From a virus: a stretch of DNA of 64,000 bases. Of this stretch, positions 56,982 to 64,000 are shown piece after piece. Every line of letters begins with the position of its first letter. Position 1 is the stretch's first letter. A program made the position numbers and the translations under genes. The stretch covers positions 3,429-67,428 of IMG/VR virus record IMGVR_UViG_3300032287_003712; one strand, given 5' to 3'. Below the pieces are notes generated by a model. It worked only from the letters and a program-made list of their open reading frames with translations, ran no database searches and was not told the DNA's origin.

Positions 56982-59700
56982 AGGCTGTTTGCCAAAAAGA
57001 TTGAACTGGATTCGAGGCCCATTCCACGGGGGAGGGCAAACGGTTGTCGCCGCTGGCGGCTCGGTCCGTACTCGGATCGTAGGGCTTCAATCGTAGCCCG
57101 CTGAAGACCGCCTTACCATTAATAAACTTTGGAGCAACGCCATCGATCTTGAGAACATTACGCACAGTCTCTTTAAGGCGGTCAACAAAACGAGGTTTCG
57201 CTGAGTGTTTGTAGCCGTTTGATTTGCAGAAGTTCACGTAGCTTGCATACAGCTCTGAGTATGCGTTTTTAACAAACATGCCTCGTTCGCTCTCGTCTGT
57301 GTTGGGGCGGAACGCACCGCCGCCGATCAGCGCGTGGCTGTTTGGGGCGTACATGGTGCATTCAGCAAGCCAAGCGACATACGGGTTGTTGAAGATCAAC
57401 GCTTCGAGGTTGGTCGCGTTGAGTGAGGGTACGTGCTTAACGGGGTTGGCCAACACATCCCGCATATCGTCAAACGGCATATCCAACGCCCAGGACACCA
57501 CGCCGCTGAGTTCCGGCACCAGCTCACCTTCGATCCGGTCCTGGTATACGTTGAGCAGGTCGCGCCGCTCAGATGCGGGCACGACTCGATCCATGATGAT
57601 GGTGAGTCGTCGCCGCTCTAGGCCGCTACTGATATCGGAGCTGCTGATGTGCTCGTTAGATGCGATGCAGACCAGAGCTTCGGGCTTGAAGCTGATTACC
57701 TCTTTGCCGTACTTACGTTCTGCACGCAGGGTGTCGGATGCTGATGTGATCTTTTTAAGAACGTCGAGTCGCTTGTTGAAGTTTGCCTCGTCCGTGAGCA
57801 ACAGCAACTTCTTACCGATTAGGTTATGACACTCAAATTTGTTCGTCTCGATGATCTCCAGGTTGCTTGTGTGAGTCGCGCCAAACCCTGCGAGTGCAAT
57901 CAGAAGCTGCTGCAGCGTGGACTTACCCGTGCCTCCAGGACCAACCAAATGCAGGAATCGCTCGCCCGTTGTGTAGCCCGTCAGTAGCGCACGGCAGAAT
58001 GCTCGGACAATTACAACACGTTCCGTACCTACGCAGGAGTCAATCCAGGTAAGGAACTTGGGGCACTGTGCATTCGGCTTGTAGGGGTACGCCAGGCGGC
58101 TACGCAGATACAGCTCCTTCTGGTTGTCTTCCTCAAAGTTAAAGTTTTCGGCGTTGAGCACCCCGTTTGTGAATGGGATCTTGCCTCGTGACTTGCTCCA
58201 GATTGAAGTACGACCGCCGTCGACCGATTTCAACAGCTTTGCCTTCAAGATCTGGTAGACGGAGCTGACCGTTGCTGAGTTGTACCTGGGCAGCACGCCA
58301 GCGGTCACAAACGTATCAAGAGTCTTTACGATTCGCCGTTTGATGTGCTGCTCGTCTTGGATATACCAAATGCCACGGTCGTTGTCGTAGGTAAAGAACT
58401 CATCTAGCGACGAGTCAAACAGAAAATCCGTGCCGTAGTTGTTGACGATAATGTCAGCAACGTCGTTCTCCGAGAACTGTCGATTGTTTTGCTGTATCTG
58501 AACGAGTTGAGCCGGCGTGGCTGGAGTCTGCGTCACTGTCGGAGCCTTCTCTGTTGGTGTTGATGTTGATGTAGGCGTCTCTTCGAGCAGTTCGTCGAAG
58601 GACAGAATTGAATTCGAAGCCTTTGGTTTCTTGGCTGCAATCTCGGTCTTTATGGACTCAGGACAATGCGTCTCGTAAATCTCTTTATAAGATTGGCGCA
58701 CGCGACGCCAGACTGCAGCTTCCCCGTCGTCTGAAGCAATCGCGATTGCTGGTTGCAGATCCTGCGCATCAGTGATGCTGTTCAGGATCCTGTAAAACTT
58801 GCCATCCAGTGCCGGGTCGTACTCGTAGATATTCTCGAACACCAGTTGTGCGGTTGTCAAGGGGTCCGCAATTGCCGGCAACCCGTGAGTGTTCAACCAG
58901 TTGCACCAGCCGATCAGCTCTTTGAGGGCCAGGGCCATCGAGAACGACCTGTCGTCGACCTCCTCCCCTTCCAGGATCGCCCTGACGGCACCGCTCGCCA
59001 CCCGTGACAGATCGATGCCTGCCAGGCTCACCTCCGTTTTGAGACGCTCCTCCGCGTCGTACTCAGCCGGCGTGGTCTTAGGCAGCGACTCGTACAGGGC
59101 AAACGCCTCGTCGATTTTTGAACTGGGTATATATCTGTCAGTTACACAGATTCGACTTTCTACGCCCGCGCCGCCGTAGAACAGGTTGGGCACCTGAGTG
59201 GCTCGCCGATCAGACCCTGGGATCTGATTCGCGATGTAACGAGTAAACCACTGATAGAACCCCGTATCCGTAATCTCTTTCTCAAGCCCAAACACGAGCC
59301 TGAACCGAGGCCAATCCGCCGCGTGGCTAGGTGAGTAGTAAGCAAAACTTAAATAGTTTTTGCAGAGTTCTAGTTCTAGTGCTTGCTCAACGCTTAATTG
59401 TTGATCTTGAATCTTGTTACCGTTTTCATCTTTACCGTCTGCTTGATTATCGATGTCAATAATTATCAACCCGCTCTTTAGACAACCTGTCTCTTTTTCT
59501 TTCCGTTTGCCGTCAGTTAAGTGCCACGCGCACAATCCGTTTTGCTTGTCGCAAACGAATTCCGCAAGCTTATCGACATCACCTTCACAAGCGATCCAGT
59601 TCTCGTTAAACGCGCGGAAATTGCCGCCGGGCGCGATCTTGCCAGACTTGGCGTTTATATATTTTTGAACCTCCTCGTTGCGGCTGAAGTAAAAGTCCAC
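56941..59700 (-). CDS. primase-helicase (primase-like N-terminus + D5/P4-type SF3 helicase)
   Basis: IDIDN, Y.SPSH...PRFRLVF, D5_N-like IPF.NGVL, Walker A GPGGTGKS, LLTDE, ASN. Confidence 0.85.
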   Translation of the reverse strand: MDFYFSRNEEVQKYINAKSGKIAPGGNFRAFNENWIACEGDVDKLAEFVCDKQNGLCAWHLTDGKRKEKETGCLKSGLIIIDIDNQADGKDENGNKIQDQQLSVEQALELELCKNYLSFAYYSPSHAADWPRFRLVFGLEKEITDTGFYQWFTRYIANQIPGSDRRATQVPNLFYGGAGVESRICVTDRYIPSSKIDEAFALYESLPKTTPAEYDAEERLKTEVSLAGIDLSRVASGAVRAILEGEEVDDRSFSMALALKELIGWCNWLNTHGLPAIADPLTTAQLVFENIYEYDPALDGKFYRILNSITDAQDLQPAIAIASDDGEAAVWRRVRQSYKEIYETHCPESIKTEIAAKKPKASNSILSFDELLEETPTSTSTPTEKAPTVTQTPATPAQLVQIQQNNRQFSENDVADIIVNNYGTDFLFDSSLDEFFTYDNDRGIWYIQDEQHIKRRIVKTLDTFVTAGVLPRYNSATVSSVYQILKAKLLKSVDGGRTSIWSKSRGKIPFTNGVLNAENFNFEEDNQKELYLRSRLAYPYKPNAQCPKFLTWIDSCVGTERVVIVRAFCRALLTGYTTGERFLHLVGPGGTGKSTLQQLLIALAGFGATHTSNLEIIETNKFECHNLIGKKLLLLTDEANFNKRLDVLKKITSASDTLRAERKYGKEVISFKPEALVCIASNEHISSSDISSGLERRRLTIIMDRVVPASERRDLLNVYQDRIEGELVPELSGVVSWALDMPFDDMRDVLANPVKHVPSLNATNLEALIFNNPYVAWLAECTMYAPNSHALIGGGAFRPNTDESERGMFVKNAYSELYASYVNFCKSNGYKHSAKPRFVDRLKETVRNVLKIDGVAPKFINGKAVFSGLRLKPYDPSTDRAASGDNRLPSPVEWASNPVQSFWQTAFEAHDGLSTETPV

Positions 59701-59758
59701 GTCCCCTCCTAGTCAAGCCATTGTGCCACGGCCGCCCCGCCGCTGACGGTGCAAAACC

Positions 59759-60538
59759 TTAAGTCTGGCCTAGGTTCTCGTAGAACTTTTGTAAAACCGC
59801 CAGCCATTGTGTTTCGTGTTTTTCAACTTCTTTTGGGCCGAAAGTGAATACTTGAACTGAGTACTCCGGCACCGGAGTAGACACGATAATTTGAGTTTTA
59901 TCGATAGAGATACCCAAGCATCTTTCGGCAGCCATTTTGTACGCAGCCAGCTGCAGTTGTGTTTTCTTAAGTTTGAAAACTCCCGATACGAGCGCTTTAC
60001 GAGTGGCGTCGTCTAGTTGTGCGGTTGCGCGTGGGAAATTACAGCTGTACGGCCCAGTCGACGTTTTGAAGTCTCCTAGGATTGTTTCGCCGTTATGGTC
60101 TCTATAAATGATGTCACAGCACCCCGCGTAACCGTGCTGCGTCTTTTCGTCATAATAATGAATTCTGCCTACACCATCTTCACCTACGTATTTAGCCCAC
60201 GCAGGTTGGTTAAAAGGCTTCTCTGACCACAGGATTTTGCCACCGTCTAGAAGCTCTTCAAGTTTTTCTGGCATCCCGTCCCAATACGGCTTGTAGTCCG
60301 CAGGCGGGTGTACTGCTAGGCCGCGCACATAATTTTCTACACAGTTATGAATCCATGTCCCTCTTTCAGCTGCTTTATCTGCTACACCCGGATTCATCAG
60401 ATTCCAGTGCGCCAGCTTTTTTCGGGTCTCCTCGGTCTGCGTGGCTGACAAAACAGACGTAACAGATGGTAATGGCCTTGGAACGCCATCACACACGTAA
60501 TGTCTTAGTCCGTTTAATGTTAGCCTTGTCGAGGACAC
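59759..60538 (-). CDS. PD-(D/E)XK exonuclease
   Basis: PSVTSVL, AA.RGT.IH, YAG..D, DFKTS and QLAAY. Confidence 0.8.
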   Translation of the reverse strand: MSSTRLTLNGLRHYVCDGVPRPLPSVTSVLSATQTEETRKKLAHWNLMNPGVADKAAERGTWIHNCVENYVRGLAVHPPADYKPYWDGMPEKLEELLDGGKILWSEKPFNQPAWAKYVGEDGVGRIHYYDEKTQHGYAGCCDIIYRDHNGETILGDFKTSTGPYSCNFPRATAQLDDATRKALVSGVFKLKKTQLQLAAYKMAAERCLGISIDKTQIIVSTPVPEYSVQVFTFGPKEVEKHETQWLAVLQKFYENLGQT

Positions 60539-60577
60539 TTAATAATGCTAATCAAGCCCCAGTTTACCCGATCTTAA

Positions 60578-60940
60578 TCACCACGCCATTGTAAAATTTG
60601 GCGCCGGAGGCGCATCTTCGTCATCCTCGTCATCTTCATCTTCTTCGTACAACTCTTCGTCCTCTGCCTCAATGAAAAATTCTGATTTCTGATACTGAAA
60701 CTCCTGAGTACGGTTTTTAAGATCCTCGGCCAGACACATGCCCGCCATGTAGCTTTCGCTTACTATTTCTGCGCATTCAGTGGCAGAGCGCGCCTCGCCG
60801 TCTGGCGAGACACACTCTTGCAACAACTGATTTGAGATCAATAAAGCGTTTATCTTTTCCAATAGCTCGTTGTTCTTAGTTAAAAGATCTACAACGTCCC
60901 TTTGGAACTTTTCAAATTTTTGAGCGCGTGTGAAACTCAT
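60578..60940 (-). CDS. hypothetical protein with acidic tail
   Basis: Coupled ORF with EEDEDDEDDED. Confidence 0.6.
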   Translation of the reverse strand: MSFTRAQKFEKFQRDVVDLLTKNNELLEKINALLISNQLLQECVSPDGEARSATECAEIVSESYMAGMCLAEDLKNRTQEFQYQKSEFFIEAEDEELYEEDEDDEDDEDAPPAPNFTMAW

Positions 60941-61479
60941 GCTAATGGTGGCAACGGTTCAACCCTGTCCCAATTCAAACCAAAAGTAATTTGTGTGCCA
61001 TCGTGCCACAGCTCAGGACGCTGGAAAACAAACCAGCAACTTGTGACTGAGTCTCTGGTCGAGCCGATGGCGCGGAACTTAGGACGAGGGTTGAGCACAA
61101 TCATATTGCTGATCTTGTTTGCCAGCAGAAAACTTTTACGTTTAGCCACTGGTTCGATAAATGATAGGCGATCAAGAACGGCTATGCCCTGTGTAGCAAT
61201 CTGAATGCCGTATTCGAGAATATATTCGGTGTGATCGCCCAACCCCGTGGTCGCAGCTACGACCCAGTCGTACTTCTTTTCCTTTTGCGCCGTCCACCAG
61301 ATCGGGTCGGTCAGATTTGATTCATCCGTGTTGGTCGTGACCGTAAACCTGTGTTTCCGCAGTTGATCGCTAAGGACCGAAAGCGGATCGTAAGGCACCA
61401 GGATTGTTCCTGTGATGTAAGAGTGCTTCACCAGCGCGTGGGTGACGCCGGCTGGAATTGTGTAAAACGAGTCTTGCAT
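60937..61479 (-). CDS. adenine methyltransferase-like homologue, degenerate
   Basis: FY..P, IL.P, DWVV, RLSFIEP...R, R..F....DS.T.CWFVF framework with NPP(F/Y) missing. Confidence 0.55.
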   Translation of the reverse strand: MQDSFYTIPAGVTHALVKHSYITGTILVPYDPLSVLSDQLRKHRFTVTTNTDESNLTDPIWWTAQKEKKYDWVVAATTGLGDHTEYILEYGIQIATQGIAVLDRLSFIEPVAKRKSFLLANKISNMIVLNPRPKFRAIGSTRDSVTSCWFVFQRPELWHDGTQITFGLNWDRVEPLPPLA

Positions 61480-61594
61480 GAGAAGTTAAGACACACATCA
61501 TATGGGTCTGAGTCAGAGTTTAAACAAAATTTCCAGCCACGGCTTGATCTGTTGCTTAAGATAATGCTAGTAAATTCTATAAGTTTTCTTGCAC

Positions 61595-61828
61595 ATGGAG
61601 TGGTTAAGCACGGAGCAAGAGTTTATGCACAAGAGTGCGATGATCGAAGCAGAGAAATTAGATCGAGAAAAGTTACTTGATGTGCTGCAGAAAGTTCATA
61701 AACAATATCTTATTTATCACAACTTGTTTTCTAAGATGGTGCTCTGGTGCGGACGCAAGCAAATAATGCTTCCATCTTTTTCCGAGTTGCTTGAGCTTTC
61801 GTCTTCAATATCGTCTAAAGACGCATAA
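61595..61828 (+). CDS. NblA-like protein
   Basis: LSTEQEF.......AEKLDREKL...L...HKQYL...NLF..MV resembles NblA. Confidence 0.55.
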   Translation: MEWLSTEQEFMHKSAMIEAEKLDREKLLDVLQKVHKQYLIYHNLFSKMVLWCGRKQIMLPSFSELLELSSSISSKDA

Positions 61829-61854
61829 AAAAGAGCGGCTTTTGTTAGCCGCTC
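61827..61854 (-). terminator. rho-independent terminator (minus strand)
   Basis: GAGCGGCT/AGCCGCTC hairpin preceded by an A tract, downstream of the 61895 gene. Confidence 0.7.
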
Positions 61855-61894
61855 CGGTGTTCCTAGAGGTTACCCAGCGTTAGTTTAGCGCTAG

Positions 61895-62686
61895 TCAGAA
61901 ATCAATTCCGAGCATTTTGGCCTGTTCTTCGGTCAGCTCCATAGACTTCTTTTCTTTCGAAGCAGTCGGAGGAGCAGCAGTCGGTAACTGCTTTGCCGGT
62001 TTTTCAGCTTGGAACGCAGGAACCGGATTGTTCCGGGTTTCCGCGAACTTCGCTTTAATCTCAGCGTGGTCTGAGCCGAGCGGCAGTTCAACCAAATCGG
62101 ATCCCGGAATGTGAGATTTTAAGGCAGCGGAAATCAGATTGATTCCCTTGTCTGCAATCCACACATCGATGTCATCGACCAGCTTTTGTTCGTCGTCGTT
62201 ACCCGGCGGGCGATCAGTGAATTCAAGCGCGTTGAAGTTAATCTTCGCGCCGTCCGCTCCCGTCATTGGGTCGCGCTCGTTGAAGCTCTTCGTTACGAAC
62301 TTAGTTGTCGTGATTAAAGAGGCACAATTAATACGGTTGTTATAAAGAGTTTGGAAGTAACTAATAAAGTTTTTCTGGGAGGACTTGCCCGAAATCATTG
62401 AGGTTGTGACGCACCGTGGCGGCAACAGTCGATGGTTCGGCGACACGCCAATGTAAGCGATGCGTATAAATTCCTCACCGTTTCGCATACCCAGGTTGCC
62501 GTAAAAAGGCGTGAACCCGAGGAGAACGAATTCAATAGGAATGCCGTTGTCATTTCTGTCGATGATCGCAGACTCAGGGTCTACGTCAGACTTCCAGCGA
62601 CGAGCCTGTAAATCAATCCGGAGAGTGTGCGGCGGAACGTTACAGAGAATTTCGTCGCGCGAAAATTGGCCAGCGATAAACACCAT
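61895..62686 (-). CDS. hypothetical replication/recombination protein
   Basis: 263-aa ORF between the SSB-like gene and the exonuclease. Ends GIDF. Confidence 0.6.
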   Translation of the reverse strand: MVFIAGQFSRDEILCNVPPHTLRIDLQARRWKSDVDPESAIIDRNDNGIPIEFVLLGFTPFYGNLGMRNGEEFIRIAYIGVSPNHRLLPPRCVTTSMISGKSSQKNFISYFQTLYNNRINCASLITTTKFVTKSFNERDPMTGADGAKINFNALEFTDRPPGNDDEQKLVDDIDVWIADKGINLISAALKSHIPGSDLVELPLGSDHAEIKAKFAETRNNPVPAFQAEKPAKQLPTAAPPTASKEKKSMELTEEQAKMLGIDF

Positions 62687-62700
62687 TAGTAGTACCTAGA

Positions 62701-63345
62701 TCAGAGTGAGAAATCGATCGAACCGATAGCGGCAGCAGCTACCTTGCCTTTTTCTGGGTCTACAGCTTTTTTAGGAGCGGACTTAGTCGACTTAGGCAGA
62801 TAAAGAACTTTATCTAGATTATAGTTTAAATAGAGCTTACTGTCTTTTTCGCTTGTCGAGACTTTACCCACAGCGATTGTAGGTGTACCGGGGCTCAATT
62901 CTGCCAGCTGTGTGGACAATTCCCCCCAAGCTGTCAGTTTGAACCACGCCGTTTCGCTTTCGTCTGTCTGCCATGCGAGAGACCGATTAGTTACGGTCGT
63001 ATCATTTACTTCGGTTTCCTCTGTCTTGGGCCCAAGACCCCCCGTGGCAAAGAAGACGTTGATTGCCAGCAGATCGTTGAAGTTTTCCTCTGTTACGACC
63101 AGCATGGCCTGCATCTTCAGCACGCCGTCCAGGGTCGGTTTAGTTGGACCCAAAGCTAAGACGGTTTGTCCTACCTCTAAGTTTTTAAGAAGCTTTCCGA
63201 CGTAGTGATTTGCTTGTTGTAAGAGTTGCACTTTAGTCGCAACCCGTTTTTCGTTTGAAGGCAGGTTTTCCGCAAGTACGTTTACTAAGCCTTCATCTTC
63301 CTGCGCAGTAGCAGTGATCTTTAGCCCCAGCAAAAACAGATTCAT
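62701..63345 (-). CDS. single-stranded DNA-binding protein-like (tandem OB folds)
   Basis: GGLG, T.WF.LTAWG....LAE...G....VGKV, and an IDFSL tail. Confidence 0.6.
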   Translation of the reverse strand: MNLFLLGLKITATAQEDEGLVNVLAENLPSNEKRVATKVQLLQQANHYVGKLLKNLEVGQTVLALGPTKPTLDGVLKMQAMLVVTEENFNDLLAINVFFATGGLGPKTEETEVNDTTVTNRSLAWQTDESETAWFKLTAWGELSTQLAELSPGTPTIAVGKVSTSEKDSKLYLNYNLDKVLYLPKSTKSAPKKAVDPEKGKVAAAAIGSIDFSL

Positions 63346-63874
63346 GCTTTAGGTTTCTGTAAATGGTTGAACGATGGACGTTAAGCACCTTGGCGATCTG
63401 GGTGATCCCGGCGCCGCGGCTCCGATAGGCTACTAGCAGTCGGCGGTCGCCGCTTGAAATTTTTTCATTTTTACTGGAACTGTATTTGAAGTGATACGGA
63501 TTTATACAAGTCTTGTTTCCGCAACTTGGCCTGGCGCAACTGTCTTCTTTTGGGATATCTAAGTACCTGAGAATGACGTTGCGGATGTAGTGGCGTTCTT
63601 GTAGAGCGTAGCAACAGGGAATACCATTACACACAGACCCTGCCCACAGTGTGCACACACTGTGGTGGAAACTGTTGTCAGCTAAATCTTTGAAAATATC
63701 CGAGACTACGGTATCTTTTGACGGCTCGTACAACAAATCGTACAAGTTTGCACCAAAGGCACGAGCAATATCCGCCGCTTGAGCTTGCGCGTGGCCACAG
63801 TCTTGTGCCCATATCGCAAGCTTTAGTGTTTTAGAACGTTTGCCTAGTCGAAGCGTATAACAGTCTTTACTCAC
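63293..63874 (-). CDS. degenerate HNH + HTH protein
   Basis: C.LW.G, PSCGNKTCINPYH, and QIAKVLNVHRSTIYR. Confidence 0.6.
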   Translation of the reverse strand: MSKDCYTLRLGKRSKTLKLAIWAQDCGHAQAQAADIARAFGANLYDLLYEPSKDTVVSDIFKDLADNSFHHSVCTLWAGSVCNGIPCCYALQERHYIRNVILRYLDIPKEDSCARPSCGNKTCINPYHFKYSSSKNEKISSGDRRLLVAYRSRGAGITQIAKVLNVHRSTIYRNLKHESVFAGAKDHCYCAGR

Positions 63875-63880
63875 GTATTT

Positions 63881-64000
63881 TTACTTCTTTTTATTGTTGC
63901 CCGAACGGTTGCCGCTGCTGTTACCACTACTCGATCTCGCAGGTGCAGGTGCCGCAGTAGGTCGGTTATTACCACTACTCGATCTCGCAGGTGCAGGTGC
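63881..64000 (-). CDS. 3' end of a gene with a low-complexity repeat tail (partial)
   Basis: ...APAPARSSSGNNRPTAAPAPARSSSGNSSGNRSGNNKKK-stop. In-frame repeat with 48-nt period. Confidence 0.55.
   Translation of the reverse strand, partial: APAPARSSSGNNRPTAAPAPARSSSGNSSGNRSGNNKKK

Noticed and set aside
63921-64000. 32-nt direct repeat with a 16-nt spacer (possible CRISPR or iteron)
   Set aside because: The 48-nt period is in frame and encodes APAPARSSSGN repeats of a minus-strand gene. The spacer is too short for CRISPR and no cas genes are present.
1-64000. HIP1 (GCGATCGC) enrichment or an alternative genetic code
   Set aside because: No HIP1 excess was noticed by eye, and genes are full length and tightly packed under the standard code.

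Overview
64 kb from the genome of a tailed dsDNA phage, most likely a cyanophage (two NblA-like genes, speD, Dps, and a GH24+C39 endolysin of cyanobacterial type). Left to right it holds putative internal virion proteins, a glycosyltransferase cluster interleaved with terminase, portal and scaffold, and a major capsid gene split by a 995-nt group I intron carrying a LAGLIDADG endonuclease. Then come further virion genes, a minus-strand regulatory block, a long tail/fibre module, lysis genes, thyX and a minus-strand replication/recombination block. The most unusual signals are: (i) fibre genes whose variable cassettes have G/T-rich conserved DNA upstream and C/A-rich conserved DNA downstream, with mosaicism among paralogues; (ii) an R-[M/L/F]-A-G peptide shared by unrelated small proteins; (iii) Ser-Gly enrichment in virion proteins alongside several glycosyltransferases; (iv) a strand-biased GCGTGG motif; (v) several apparent pseudo-enzymes. 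All calls come from reading motifs by eye. No database searches were run and counts are approximate.
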